NCBI GenBank assembly: GCA_963803435.1 | Contig: CAWDML010000003.1 | Location: 320,001-384,000, forward strand | DNA: 64,000 nucleotides | Direction of reading: 5' to 3' | DNA from: an uncultured delta proteobacterium | GTDB lineage: Bacteria > Myxococcota > Kuafuiibacteriia > Kuafuiibacteriales > Kuafuiibacteriaceae | In this document: piece by piece, positions 51,704-62,052 of the stretch | Numbering within the stretch: the first letter of the stretch is position 1 | Layout of the letters: every line of letters begins with the position of its first letter | The notes under the pieces: model-generated | Seen by the model: the letters and a program-made list of their open reading frames with translations, nothing else | Databases searched by the model: none | Told to the model about the DNA's origin: nothing | Translations under genes and position numbers: made by a program

Positions 51704-53023
51704 ATGACCTCATCGTTCGCGAACATCGGCAAGGTACCGGAGCTCAGGCAGCGGATCCTCTTCACGCTGGGGATGCTCGCGATCTACCGCCTCGGCATCT
51801 TCATCACGGTCCCCGGCGTGGACCGGGTGTTGATGCAGAAGGTCATCGAGCAGCAGTCCGGCACGCTGTTCGGGATGTTCAACATGTTCGTGGGCGGGGC
51901 GCTGGAGCAAGCGTCCGTGTTCTCGCTCGGGATCATGCCGTACATCTCCAGCTCCATCATCCTGCAGCTCTTGACGGTGGTGGTGCCGACCCTCGAGCGC
52001 CTCAAGAAAGAGGGCGAGCAGGGGCAGAAGAAGATCACGCAGTGGACCCGGTATGGGACGATCGCGCTCTCGATCATTCAGGGCACGATCATCGCCACCA
52101 ACCTCGAGGGTCTGGCCTTCAATGGGCAGAGCGTGGTCATTCACCCCGGCTTCCCCTTCACCATCCTCACGATCCTCTCCCTGACCGCCGGCACCGCGTT
52201 CATCATGTGGCTCGGCGAGCAGATCACGGAGAGCGGCATCGGCAACGGGATGTCGCTGATCATCATGTCCGGCATCGTGGCGGGCCTTCCGCGGCACGCG
52301 ATCACCACGTTCCAGCTGGCCCAGGCCGAGACGCTCCAGCCGCTGAGCCTGCTGTTCCTCACGGTGGTCATGGTGGCGATGATCATGCTGGTCGTCTTCT
52401 TCGAGCGGGGCCAGCGCCGGATCCCGGTGCAGTACAGCAAGCGCGTCGTGGGACGGAAGATGTATGGCGGGCAGTCGACCCACCTGCCGCTCCGCGTGAA
52501 CACGGCCAACGTGATCCCGCCGATCTTCGCCTCGTCGCTGCTCTTGTTCCCGGCGACCCTGGTCAACTTCTTCCCGGACAGCGCCATGATCCAGGAGCTC
52601 CAGGGCATGCTGCTCCCGTCGGAGTGGGGCTACAACGCCGTCTACGGCTCGCTGATCATCTTCTTCACGTTCTTCTACACGTCGGTGATCTTCAATCCTG
52701 TCGACGTCGCTGACAACATGAAGAAGTTCGGCGGTTACATCCCGGGCATCCGGCCCGGCAAGAAGACGGCCGAGTACATCGAGGCCGTGCTCACCCGGAT
52801 CACCACCGGCGGTGCGCTGTACCTGGTGTTCGTGTGCCTGTTCCCGAACGGGCTGTTTCACTTCTTCCCCGGCCTGCCGTTCTACTTCGGCGGGACGGCG
52901 CTCCTGATCGTGGTCGGCGTCGCGCTCGACACCGTCAACCAGATCGAGAGCCACCTGATCACGCGCAGCTACGAAGGCTTCTCGTCCGGTGGCGGACGGA
53001 TCCGGGGGCGGAGGACCGCGTGA
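51704..53023 (+). CDS. secY: Preprotein translocase subunit SecY
   Basis: [40 protein letters not shown] and [12 protein letters not shown]. Confidence 0.98.
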   Translation: MTSSFANIGKVPELRQRILFTLGMLAIYRLGIFITVPGVDRVLMQKVIEQQSGTLFGMFNMFVGGALEQASVFSLGIMPYISSSIILQLLTVVVPTLERLKKEGEQGQKKITQWTRYGTIALSIIQGTIIATNLEGLAFNGQSVVIHPGFPFTILTILSLTAGTAFIMWLGEQITESGIGNGMSLIIMSGIVAGLPRHAITTFQLAQAETLQPLSLLFLTVVMVAMIMLVVFFERGQRRIPVQYSKRVVGRKMYGGQSTHLPLRVNTANVIPPIFASSLLLFPATLVNFFPDSAMIQELQGMLLPSEWGYNAVYGSLIIFFTFFYTSVIFNPVDVADNMKKFGGYIPGIRPGKKTAEYIEAVLTRITTGGALYLVFVCLFPNGLFHFFPGLPFYFGGTALLIVVGVALDTVNQIESHLITRSYEGFSSGGGRIRGRRTA

Positions 53024-53676
53024 CCACCCGGAACCTCATCCTGGTCGGCCCGCCCGGGTCCGGCAAAGGCACGCAGGCGCAGCGCCTGGTGGAGAAGCTC
53101 GGCATTCCGCAGATCTCCACCGGCGACATGCTCCGCGCCGCCGCGCGCGCCGGCACGCCCCTCGGGAAGGCCGCGCAAGCGCTCATGGATAGGGGCGCCC
53201 TGGTCCCCGACGATGTCATCATCGGGTTGATCAAGGAGCGCCTCAGCCAGCCGGACACCGGCGAGGGCTTCGTCCTCGACGGCTTCCCCCGGACGCTGGC
53301 CCAGGCCGAGGCCCTCGATCGCATGCTCGAACAGACCGGGTCGAAGATCGACAAGGTCATCGTGATGGAGGTGCCCGACGATGTGATCGTCGAGCGCATC
53401 AGCGGGCGCCGCTCGTGCAAGAACTGCGGCGCCGTCTATCACGTGAAGTTCTCGCCCCCGAAGCAGGCCGGGATCTGCGACAAGTGCGGATCGGACCAGC
53501 TCTATCAGCGGGAGGACGATACCGAGGCCAAGGTTCGCGTTCGGCTCAAGGCCTTCGCCGATCAGACGGCCGCCGTCATCCCCCACTACGAGAAGCAGAA
53601 GCTGGTCGCACGCGTCGAGGGAACGAAGAGCCCGGACGAGGTCTTCCGAGGCGTTTTGTCTTGCATTGAAGGTTGA
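53020..53676 (+). CDS. adk: Adenylate kinase (Zn-finger LID)
   Basis: [29 protein letters not shown] with CKNC..CDKC. GTG start overlaps the secY stop. Confidence 0.97.
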   Translation: MTTRNLILVGPPGSGKGTQAQRLVEKLGIPQISTGDMLRAAARAGTPLGKAAQALMDRGALVPDDVIIGLIKERLSQPDTGEGFVLDGFPRTLAQAEALDRMLEQTGSKIDKVIVMEVPDDVIVERISGRRSCKNCGAVYHVKFSPPKQAGICDKCGSDQLYQREDDTEAKVRVRLKAFADQTAAVIPHYEKQKLVARVEGTKSPDEVFRGVLSCIEG

Positions 53677-53683
53677 GGTTGAT

Positions 53684-53800
53684 ATGAAAGTTCGGACTTC
53701 GGTCAAGAAGATGTGCGCGAAGTGCAAGGTCATTCGCCGTCGAGGCGTGGTGCGGGTGATCTGCAGTGAGAACCCGAGCCACAAGCAGCGGCAGGGTTAG
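53684..53800 (+). CDS. rpmJ: 50S ribosomal protein L36 (Zn-binding form); missing from the ORF track
   Basis: Translated by hand: [38 protein letters not shown]. Confidence 0.97.
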   Translation: MKVRTSVKKMCAKCKVIRRRGVVRVICSENPSHKQRQG

Positions 53801-53809
53801 GAGAGATCG

Positions 53810-54187
53810 ATGGCACGCATTGCAGGTGTCGACCTTCCACGAAACAAGCAGATGCGCTTCGCGCTGACCCACCTGTATGGGGTCGGCCGGAAGGTCGCGA
53901 TCGACGTCCTCGAGAAGGCGGGCATCGATCCGGCGCTCAACACGGACGTGGCCACCGAGGATCAGATGGCCCAGATCCGTAACATCCTCGAGAACGAGTA
54001 CAAGGTCGAAGGCGATCTGCGGCGCGAAGTCTCGATGAACATCAAGCGCTTGATGGACCTCGGGTGCTACCGGGGGCTCCGCCACCGCAAGGGCCTGCCG
54101 GTCCGCGGGCAGCGGACGCACACCAACTCGCGCACGCGCAAGGGGCCGCGCAAGGGCACCATCAAGAAGAAGACGGCCGCGACCTAA
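53810..54187 (+). CDS. rpsM: 30S ribosomal protein S13
   Basis: [18 protein letters not shown] and [17 protein letters not shown]. Confidence 0.98.
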   Translation: MARIAGVDLPRNKQMRFALTHLYGVGRKVAIDVLEKAGIDPALNTDVATEDQMAQIRNILENEYKVEGDLRREVSMNIKRLMDLGCYRGLRHRKGLPVRGQRTHTNSRTRKGPRKGTIKKKTAAT

Positions 54188-54211
54188 GCGCGCTCGGAGT
54201 ACCCAGACTGT

Positions 54212-54601
54212 ATGGCAAATCCAAAGGCAGGCCAGAAGAAGAAGGCCAAGAAGAATGTCCCGAACGGCGTGGTGCACATCCAGGCCACGTTCAACAACAC
54301 CGTCATCACGTTCACGGACATGGGTGGGAACTCCATCTCGTGGTGCTCGGCCGGCTCGAAGGGCTTCCGCGGGTCCCGAAAGTCGACGCCGTTCGCCGCC
54401 CAGGTGGCGGCGGACGAGGCCTCCCGGCAGGCGATGGATCAGGGCATGAAGTCCTGCGTCGTCCTGGTGAAGGGACCGGGCTCGGGCCGCGAGGCGGCGC
54501 TCCGTGCGGTGGCGGCCGCCGGGTTGAAGGTCACGCTGGTGAAGGACGTGACCCCTCTTCCGCACAACGGCTGCCGTCCTCCGAAGCGGCGCCGCGTCTG
54601 A
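54212..54601 (+). CDS. rpsK: 30S ribosomal protein S11
   Basis: [20 protein letters not shown] and [18 protein letters not shown]. Confidence 0.98.
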   Translation: MANPKAGQKKKAKKNVPNGVVHIQATFNNTVITFTDMGGNSISWCSAGSKGFRGSRKSTPFAAQVAADEASRQAMDQGMKSCVVLVKGPGSGREAALRAVAAAGLKVTLVKDVTPLPHNGCRPPKRRRV

Positions 54602-54679
54602 TTCTCGAAAGACTAGAAGCTCGAAGGCTCACGCAGAGGTGCCCGGCCCCGCCGGGAGAGGTGGCGTGAGGAGGAAAGA

Positions 54680-55682
54680 ATGCAGCGAGATATCCACAGA
54701 AACTGGCGCGATCTCGATCAAGCCGAAGCGGCTGAACGTCGACAAGGACAGCCTCACTCCCGGGTACGGCAAGTTCTTCGCCGAGCCGCTCGAGCGCGGC
54801 TTCGGGATCACCATCGGCAACGCGCTCCGTCGCGTGCTGTTGTCGTCGCTCCAGGGCGCGGCCGTGACGTCGGTGCGCATCGACGGCGCGCTCCACGAGT
54901 TCACCTCGCTGCCCGGGATCACCGAGGACGTGGCGGACGTCATCCTCAACGTGAAGGACGTCCTCATCAAGATGGCCAGCTACGAGCAGAAGACCCTCCG
55001 CATCGACAAGAAGGGTCCCTGCATCGTCCGTGCGGCCGACATCGACACGCCCGAGGGCATCGAGATCCTGAACCCCGATCTGACCATCGCCACCGTGGGC
55101 GAGGACGGCCATCTCAAGATGGAGATGACCTGCCGCAAGGGGCGGGGCTACGTGCAGGCCGAGAACAACAAGACGGCCAACATGCCCACCGACGCCATCC
55201 CGATCGACGCGATCTTCTCGCCGGTGAAGAAGGTCAACTACCACGTGACCAACGCCCGCGTCGGCCAGCGGACCGACTACGACAAGCTCACGCTGGAGGT
55301 CTGGACCGACGTCTCCGTCAACCCGGAGGACGCGGTGGCGTACGCCGCCAAGATCATCAAGGACCAGCTCTCGATCTTCATCAACTTCGAGGAGGATCAG
55401 GAGCCGGAGATCATCGTGGAGCCGCAGCCGGAGGAGAAGTTCAACGAGAACCTGCTCCGCACTGTGGACGAGCTCGAGCTGTCGGTGCGTTCCGCCAACT
55501 GCCTGGCGAACGCGAACATCAAGTACATCGGTGACCTGGTGCAGAAGACCGAGAGCGAGATGCTCAAGACCAAGAACTTTGGCCGCAAGTCTCTGAAGGA
55601 GATCAAAGAGATCCTGTCGGAGATGGGCCTGTCGCTCGGCATGAAGCTGGACAACTGGCCGCCGAAGGATCTGAAGAAGTAG
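54680..55682 (+). CDS. rpoA: RNA polymerase alpha subunit (apparent +1 frameshift ~54716)
   Basis: ATG 54680 after a purine-rich SD gives [12 protein letters not shown]. Removing one base in GATCTCGATCAAG continues [48 protein letters not shown]. Confidence 0.96.
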
Positions 55683-55690
55683 GCATCGTC

Positions 55691-56116
55691 ATGCGACATC
55701 GCAAAGCATTTCGAAAGTTCAGCCGGACCTCGTCGCACCGCCGCGCCCTGTTCAACAACCTGGCGATGGCGTTGATCGAGAATGGCCGGATCAAGACGAC
55801 GGACGCCAAGGCGAAGTCGCTGCGGAGCGTCGCGGAGAAGCTGGTCACCTTGGGCAAGAAGGGGACGCTCGACGCGCGCCGGCAGGTCTTCGCGCAGCTC
55901 GGTGGCGCCGGCAAGCACCCGCGCGACGGCATGGGACCGCACCGGGTCCACCGGACCGTGGACGCGCTCTTCGGCGACCTGGCGAGCCGCTTCAAGGATC
56001 GTCCGGGCGGCTACACGCGCGTGGTGAAGATCGGCGTCCGCCACGGCGACGCCGCCCCCATGTCGATCATCGAGTTCGTCGACTTCGAGCCCGGCCAGGG
56101 CGAAGCCGAGTCCTGA
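55691..56116 (+). CDS. rplQ: 50S ribosomal protein L17
   Basis: [30 protein letters not shown] and GDAAPM. Confidence 0.97.
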   Translation: MRHRKAFRKFSRTSSHRRALFNNLAMALIENGRIKTTDAKAKSLRSVAEKLVTLGKKGTLDARRQVFAQLGGAGKHPRDGMGPHRVHRTVDALFGDLASRFKDRPGGYTRVVKIGVRHGDAAPMSIIEFVDFEPGQGEAES

Positions 56117-56154
56117 GCCGCCCACCTCGACGGCAAGTACACACAGCCCCGCTG

Positions 56155-56257
56155 CGGTGGTCCTCACGTGAGAGCCACCACAATGCAACAGCAGCTCCCC
56201 TCGCCCGTCTATTACATGCGATAAACGAGTCGCCTTCCCGGACGGGGAAGCGATTCG
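56155..56257 (+). terminator. Hairpins downstream of rplQ (possible end of the alpha operon)
   Basis: GGTGGTCCTC-ACGT-GAGAGCCACC and GAGTCGCCTTCCC..GGGAAGCGATTC stems. No clear U-tract. Confidence 0.3.
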
Positions 56258-56264
56258 GCACCGG

Positions 56265-56293
56265 TTGACAGGAGTTCTGGGCCCGCCTACTAA
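56265..56293 (+). promoter_or_regulatory. Putative sigma70 promoter for the lipoprotein operon
   Basis: TTGACA (56265-56270), 17 nt, then TACTAA. Strong SD (AGAGGAG) before ATG 56355. Confidence 0.45.
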
Positions 56294-56354
56294 CCATGGG
56301 CTCCCCGAGCGAAGCATTCGGTGCCTTTCGAAAGAGGAGCAAAGAGGAGAAGCA

Positions 56355-56945
56355 ATGATACGGCGGACCGCACTGTTGATTGCGTTGGCAATGCCCCTAG
56401 TCGCTTGTGGCGACGGCGGCACGAAGACGGCCGAAGGGCAGCTGACCCCCCGCGGACCCGTCGTCGAGTACCCGGAATGGGTGAACAAGGGATCGGGCGC
56501 CTTCGGCGGCGAGAAGAAGGTGTTCTACGGAGTCGGATCCGCCTCAGGCATCCGCAACCACTCGCTGGCCCGCTCCACCGCGGACAACCGCGCGCGCGCG
56601 GAGATCTCGAAGATCTTCGAGGTCTACTCGGCCTCTCTCATGAAGGACTACTCCGCCTCGACCACGGCGGGTGACTTCAGCGCTTCGTCGGAAGAGCAGC
56701 ACGTGGAGCAGGCGATCAAGACCTTCTCTGCGAATACGCTCAACGGCGTCGAGATCGTCGATCATTGGATCCACCCGACCGACGGCACGATCTACTCCCT
56801 GGCACGCCTCGATATCGCGGGCTTCATGGATCAGATCGATCGGGCCAAGGAGCTGAACGCTGCGGTGAAGGAGGCTGTGAAGCGCTCCGCCGCCAAATCG
56901 TTCGCAGATCTCGAGGCCGAGGAAGCGAAGCACGCCGACAACTGA
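56355..56945 (+). CDS. LPP20-family lipoprotein
   Basis: Lipobox [46 protein letters not shown] is the LPP20 pattern. Confidence 0.82.
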   Translation: MIRRTALLIALAMPLVACGDGGTKTAEGQLTPRGPVVEYPEWVNKGSGAFGGEKKVFYGVGSASGIRNHSLARSTADNRARAEISKIFEVYSASLMKDYSASTTAGDFSASSEEQHVEQAIKTFSANTLNGVEIVDHWIHPTDGTIYSLARLDIAGFMDQIDRAKELNAAVKEAVKRSAAKSFADLEAEEAKHADN

Positions 56946-56948
56946 GCC

Positions 56949-57620
56949 GTGTACACCAAGCCGGTGCGAGGGCTCTGGTCATCGCTGATGACGGTGTGGG
57001 TGTTCGGATGCGGGGGGAGCCAAGAGGTTCCTCCCGCGCCTCCGCCGCCCCCCATTCACGTCGAGGTTCCCGAGTGGGTCAATCATGTCCCGCGGAAGGC
57101 AGGTCAGATCTGTGCGACGGGCGCGGTGGATCCCACGTTCTACCGCCAGGACGGTCGCACGAGCTCGGCCGAGACGGCGCGGGGCGAGCTGGCCCGGACG
57201 ATTCAGGTGAAGGTCACCGCGGTGATGTACGACGAGCAGTCCAACTCGGGGAGCTATGTCGATCAGGCGATCGTCACCGAGGTGATCGGCTCCATCAGCG
57301 AGGCGGTCATCTCGGGCGCCGAGGTGGTCTCGTACTGGTACGACGAGTACGGCATGGTCTCGCGGCGCGGCATGACCTACGCGCTGGCCTGCATGCGCAC
57401 CGATCAGTCGGTGGCGGACCTGGCGGAGAAGCTCCAGGAAGCGTTCCCGGACAAGGGGAACGAGGACAAGATCGCAGCGGTGAAGGAGCGGGCGAAGGCC
57501 GCCTTCGACGAGCTGGAGAAGCTCGAGCAGGCGGACGGCAAGATCGCAGGACCTGCCGAGCCCGCGCCTCCGCCCATCGAAGCACCGGTCCAAGAGACCG
57601 CGGTCCCGGCCAGCGAGTGA
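56949..57620 (+). CDS. LPP20-like lipoprotein
   Basis: Lipobox VFGC, Pro-rich linker, then VPEWV..ICATG..ARGELARTI..ISGAEVVSYW..TYALAC. Confidence 0.72.
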   Translation: MYTKPVRGLWSSLMTVWVFGCGGSQEVPPAPPPPPIHVEVPEWVNHVPRKAGQICATGAVDPTFYRQDGRTSSAETARGELARTIQVKVTAVMYDEQSNSGSYVDQAIVTEVIGSISEAVISGAEVVSYWYDEYGMVSRRGMTYALACMRTDQSVADLAEKLQEAFPDKGNEDKIAAVKERAKAAFDELEKLEQADGKIAGPAEPAPPPIEAPVQETAVPASE

Positions 57621-57636
57621 CCGCGAGGAGGATGTC

Positions 57637-58797
57637 ATGCTGAAGCGACCCATCACGGCCATGTTGATGCTCGGGGTCGGGCTCTGGCTGCACGGCTCGG
57701 CCTCGGCTGCGCCGCTGACACCGCGCCTGATCTACAAGCAATTCGGCAAGGCGGTGGTCCTGGTCTTCGGCACCGACGGCTCCGCGCAAGGCAGCGCGGG
57801 CACGGGCTCGATCATCAGCAAGGACGGCCAGATCATCACGAACGCCCACGTGGTGACCAAGGACGGCCGCCCCTTCAAGAAGGTCTTCGTCTATCTGAAG
57901 CCGGACAAGCTCACCGGCTCGATGAAGGACGACCTCTCGATGCGGTACAAGGCCACGATCATCGACATCGACGACAAGCTCGATCTGGCGCTCCTCCGCA
58001 TGGTGGAGCCGCCGAGCGACCTGGTGACCATCGACTTCGTCGATCCCGAGGCGGTCGAGATCGGCGAGCCGGTCGTCGCAATCGGGCACCCCGAGACGGG
58101 CGGTCTCTGGACCCTCACCACCGGCTCGATCTCGAGCGTGGTGGCCAACTTCCAGGGTGTCGAGGGCAAGGACGTGTTCCAGACGGAGGCCTCGGTGAAC
58201 CGCGGCAACTCGGGCGGGCCGCTGCTCAACGCGTACGGCCAGATGGTCGGGATCAACACCTGCATCTCGCGCCGCGCGGCCGACGGCCTCGCGATCACTG
58301 ACATCAACTTCAGCCTCAAGAGCTCCGTCGCGGTCGGCTGGTTGAACCGGCGCCGCCTCATGGAGGTCGCCTACGTGCGTCCACCCGACGAGAACACCGT
58401 GGTGGCCTCGGCGGATCCGCCGCCGTCCACGGCCAAGACGGAGAAGCCGCCGAAGGAGAAGTACACGGTGGACGGCGGCGACGGGAAGACGCTGGTCGCG
58501 GTGGTGGAGCCGGAGGCGGGTGAGCAGGTCGCGGACGATCCGGAGTTCTCTTCGGCCGCCAAGCCCACCGCCAACGTCTCGGCGACGGCGAAGCTCCCCA
58601 ACAACGCCACCAAGCCGGACAAGAAGGTGCGCCCCAAGCTCCTCACCAAGGCGCGCCCGTACAAGCTGGATCCCTTCGTGGCGGCCCGCGTCCGCGAGAT
58701 CAAGGATCTCGAGAAGATGATGGACGACATGAGCCAGGAGATCGAACGGAAGACGGGCAAGAAGCACAAGAAGTCGGACGGGATGGGCCTCTGGTAA
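57637..58797 (+). CDS. Secreted trypsin-like (S1C/HtrA-type) serine protease without PDZ domain
   Basis: Signal peptide. Triad motifs ITNAHVV, DLALL and NRGNSGGPLLN. The C-terminal half is a low-complexity linker plus a charged helix. Confidence 0.9.
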   Translation: MLKRPITAMLMLGVGLWLHGSASAAPLTPRLIYKQFGKAVVLVFGTDGSAQGSAGTGSIISKDGQIITNAHVVTKDGRPFKKVFVYLKPDKLTGSMKDDLSMRYKATIIDIDDKLDLALLRMVEPPSDLVTIDFVDPEAVEIGEPVVAIGHPETGGLWTLTTGSISSVVANFQGVEGKDVFQTEASVNRGNSGGPLLNAYGQMVGINTCISRRAADGLAITDINFSLKSSVAVGWLNRRRLMEVAYVRPPDENTVVASADPPPSTAKTEKPPKEKYTVDGGDGKTLVAVVEPEAGEQVADDPEFSSAAKPTANVSATAKLPNNATKPDKKVRPKLLTKARPYKLDPFVAARVREIKDLEKMMDDMSQEIERKTGKKHKKSDGMGLW

Positions 58798-58798
58798 C

Positions 58799-59962
58799 GT
58801 GCGCACGTCCACGCTGCTCCTGATCCTCGTCTCCTTCTCTTCGCCCGTGCTGGCCGCGGGGAAGAAGTCCGTCGCCGTGCTGCCGTTCGGCTCGCCGTCG
58901 CGCTGGTCCGAGATGGGCCACAACGCGCAGCCGACCTTCATCACCGAGCTCGTCAAGTCGAAGAAGGTCCGGGTCATCGACGAGAAGCACGCCGACTCAG
59001 CGGCCGCCCGCTTCGCCAAGGAGGCGAGCGGCCTCTACGATCAAGCCAAGGTTCGCCAGATCGGTCGCTTCCTGAAGGCCGACTACGTCCTCTCGGGACA
59101 GATCAGCTTCACGGGCGACGCGTTCACGATGACGGTGCATGTCACCAACGTCGAGACGTCGGAGCTCGAGATGGCCGAGGACGTCGACTTCCGCGAGGTC
59201 CCCAAGATGCGGGTCGCGGTGCGGACGCTAGCCAAGAAGGTGGCGGGTCTCATCAGCGGCGAGGAGGCCAAGACCGGCAAGCACGAGGCCTTCCTCAACG
59301 TCGATGCCCGCGACTTTTACGACACCGCCGAGGCCTGCGTGAAGGTCCTGGAGGGCCTCGATCGCTGGCGCTACGAGGGCGAGATCGACGCCGAGGTCTC
59401 GGCCAAGAAGGTCCACGTGAAGCTCTCGTACGGCAAGCCCAAGCCGGGCATGCCGCTGCAGGTGTTTGAAGAGGGCATCGGAGAGAACGACAAGCCGATC
59501 GGCGTGGTCTACGTGACCGAGCAGGACGAGGCCGGCTCGGGCTTCGTCGCCGAGTGGATCAAGGAGAAGGACCCGACCAAGAAGAAGCGGGGTGACTTCG
59601 GCTTGGGCGCGCGGGTCTCGAACGCGCGCTACAAATACCACATCGCGCTGGGCAAGCTCGACGACGAGGCCGAGGACAACGAATCACTGGTGAGCATGTT
59701 CAAGGAGAAGCTCACGGAGCGGTTCGAGGAGTCGGACAAGTTCGTGGCCAAAACCGAGACAGACGTGTCTAGGATCGCACTCGATCTGGGGAAGGGCAGC
59801 GCCCGCAAGTCGGATTTGAAGAAACTCCACGCGCTGGGCGTCGATTTCCTGATCGAAGGAAAGTTCATCGGCTCTCCGGGGCGCCGGAGGGCCGACTTCA
59901 CGGTGATCAGCACGGTCACAGGCGAGGTGTGGGGACGCCTCAAGTTCGAGACGCGGATCTGA
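58799..59962 (+). CDS. Exported CsgG/FlgO/FlgT-like protein (two alpha/beta domains flanking a beta-barrel)
   Basis: Signal peptide. SVAVLPF..TELVKSKKVRVIDE..QIGRFLKADYVLSGQI..NVETSE, then a second copy LGVDFLIEGKF..STVTGEV. Central segment KVHVKLSYG.PKPGMPLQVF. Confidence 0.7.
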   Translation: MRTSTLLLILVSFSSPVLAAGKKSVAVLPFGSPSRWSEMGHNAQPTFITELVKSKKVRVIDEKHADSAAARFAKEASGLYDQAKVRQIGRFLKADYVLSGQISFTGDAFTMTVHVTNVETSELEMAEDVDFREVPKMRVAVRTLAKKVAGLISGEEAKTGKHEAFLNVDARDFYDTAEACVKVLEGLDRWRYEGEIDAEVSAKKVHVKLSYGKPKPGMPLQVFEEGIGENDKPIGVVYVTEQDEAGSGFVAEWIKEKDPTKKKRGDFGLGARVSNARYKYHIALGKLDDEAEDNESLVSMFKEKLTERFEESDKFVAKTETDVSRIALDLGKGSARKSDLKKLHALGVDFLIEGKFIGSPGRRRADFTVISTVTGEVWGRLKFETRI

Positions 59963-60025
59963 CCCCCTGCCGTCTTGTCTCCGCCCGAAGGGGCGTGCTA
60001 CCTCGCCATTCGTCAAGGAGACGCC

Positions 60026-60652
60026 ATGATGAAGCTCGTTCCCATCGCCTCTTCATTCGCCATGATCCTCGCGCTCGGCACGGTCGGGTGCGGGCCGAAA
60101 CGCCAGGTCACCCGCACCAACGCCGACAGCACCGAAGGCGGTGATCTGTCGGGATACTGGAACGACATCGACGCGCAGCAGGTTGCGAAGGCGATGGTCC
60201 AGCAGTGCCTGGAGAGCCCCTGGACGTCGGACTATCAGTCGGGCAACGCCGGCAAGAAGCCCGTGATCAAGCTGATGGGCGTGATCAAGCGGACGGACGA
60301 TCGCAACGTGAACACCGACTTCTTCGCGAAGCAGCTCGAGCGGACGCTGCTGAACTCGGGTCGAGTGCGCGTGGTCGCCGCCTACGGCCAGGACAGCATC
60401 AACGTCGCCGAGCGTGATCGCCAGGCCGTCCATGCCAGCGACGACACGGCGAAGAGCCACCAGAACGAGGTGGGCGCCGACTTCACCCTCCAGACGTGGG
60501 TCAACTCGCAGAATGAGACCGACGGCGGCGGCAAGGCCGTCCGCGCCTATCTCGTGAACATGGAGCTCGTGAGCGTCGAGACCAACGAGAAGGTGTGGAT
60601 CGGCGAGCAGCGAATCCGCAAGGTCGTGGAGCAGACCAAGGCCTCCTGGTGA
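60026..60652 (+). CDS. LpoB/YcfM-like lipoprotein
   Basis: Lipobox TVGC. DLSGYWNDIDAQQVAKAMV, KPVI, LERTLLNSGRVRVV, GADFTL and YLVNMELVSVETNEKVWIGEQRIRK. Confidence 0.8.
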   Translation: MMKLVPIASSFAMILALGTVGCGPKRQVTRTNADSTEGGDLSGYWNDIDAQQVAKAMVQQCLESPWTSDYQSGNAGKKPVIKLMGVIKRTDDRNVNTDFFAKQLERTLLNSGRVRVVAAYGQDSINVAERDRQAVHASDDTAKSHQNEVGADFTLQTWVNSQNETDGGGKAVRAYLVNMELVSVETNEKVWIGEQRIRKVVEQTKASW

Positions 60653-61995
60653 TGCGTTCGCTCCTGCTCTTCCCCATCGTCGGGCTGGCTGTGGCCTGCT
60701 CGAACATGAACATCCAGCGCCACTACGAGGAGATGCGTCCCTCGATGGTCCGCGGCGACTGGAAGACCGCGGTCTCGCAGCTCGAGGATGCCAAGAAGCG
60801 TGGCATCTACGGCGAGCAAGATCGCGTCATGTACTGGCTCAACTATGGCACGGCCCTCCACTACGCCGGGGACTTCGAGAAGTCGCAGGGCGTGTTCGTC
60901 CAGGCCGAGCAAGCGATGCAGGACCTCTGGACCAAGTCGATCTCGGCAGAGGCGTCCAAGTTCCTGCTGAACGAGACCGTCCAGCCGTACCCGGGCGAGG
61001 ACTTCGAGAAGATCCTCCTGTACCTGTATACCGCGCTGAACGACGTCGACATGGGCAAGGTCCAGGACGCGCTGGTCGAGGCGCGGCGGGCCGACGAGTT
61101 CCTCAAGAAGATGCGCGTCGAGTACGAGAAGGAGGGTGGCATCGGCACCCTCTACAAGCAGGACGCGTTCATGCTCTGGCTGGTGGGGATGTTCTACGAG
61201 CTCGAGGGCAGCTGGAACGACGCGGAGCTGGCGTACCAGGCGGCATATCAGGCGTACCAGGGGAGCTACAGCGGGACCTTCGGGGTGGGCGCGCCCTCGT
61301 TCCTGGTGGAGGACATCGTCCGGACGGCCCAGCTCGCCGGCGACGGCCAGAGCGCCGACGAGTGGAGGTCCAAGGGCGGCACCGGCGAGACGGTCGACAA
61401 GCTGAAGCAGGGGATGGCGGAGATCGTCCTGATCTACGGGAGCGGTGAGTCTCCCCGGAAGATCGAGTTCACCATCAACCACCAGATGCCGGACGGCTAC
61501 GTGGCGCGGATCGCCCTGCCGAAGTTCAAGAAGGTGCCGCACCAGATCGCGTACTGCGAGGTCGACGTCGCAGGCACCACGATGCGGAGCCAGCCGATGG
61601 AGCCGGTCACCACGATCGCGCTCAAGAACTTCAAGGCCCAGCAGGGCGGCTTGACGGCGCGGGCCATCGCGCGCGCGGTCCTCAAGTATGCGGCCACGAA
61701 GGGGACCCAGAAGGCGGTGTCGGGCAACGGCAGCGACGGCAAGCGGGCGGCCGCCGGCGCGCTGCTCGGGCTGGCGGGCAACATCGCGGCCGCCGCCACC
61801 GAGGCGGCCGATCTGCGCTCCTGGACCACGCTCCCTGGAGAGATCGAGGTCGCCCGTCTGTGGGTGCCGCCGGGGCAGCAGACGCTGGACCTGAAGTTCT
61901 TCACACAATCCGGCGGCCAGGTGCGCACGATGAGCCTCCCGGTGTCCGTGAAGAACGGAGAGCGGAAGATCATCAGCGTGCGGACCTTCGAATGA
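60652..61995 (+). CDS. COG3014-like TPR lipoprotein
   Basis: Lipobox AVAC. DRVMYWLNYG, LLNETVQPYPGEDFE, DALVEARR, ARIALP, ARAIARAVLK and ADLRSWTTLP. Confidence 0.8.
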   Translation: MRSLLLFPIVGLAVACSNMNIQRHYEEMRPSMVRGDWKTAVSQLEDAKKRGIYGEQDRVMYWLNYGTALHYAGDFEKSQGVFVQAEQAMQDLWTKSISAEASKFLLNETVQPYPGEDFEKILLYLYTALNDVDMGKVQDALVEARRADEFLKKMRVEYEKEGGIGTLYKQDAFMLWLVGMFYELEGSWNDAELAYQAAYQAYQGSYSGTFGVGAPSFLVEDIVRTAQLAGDGQSADEWRSKGGTGETVDKLKQGMAEIVLIYGSGESPRKIEFTINHQMPDGYVARIALPKFKKVPHQIAYCEVDVAGTTMRSQPMEPVTTIALKNFKAQQGGLTARAIARAVLKYAATKGTQKAVSGNGSDGKRAAAGALLGLAGNIAAAATEAADLRSWTTLPGEIEVARLWVPPGQQTLDLKFFTQSGGQVRTMSLPVSVKNGERKIISVRTFE

Positions 61996-62052
61996 GAGCG
62001 CGCGCACGCGCTCCTTTTCGCGCGTGGGATCGGGTCATAACAAGGAGACGTC

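Noticed and set aside
54680-54730. Programmed frameshift or pseudogene of rpoA
   Set aside because: No slippery sequence is present and it fits the window-wide +1 insertion error pattern.
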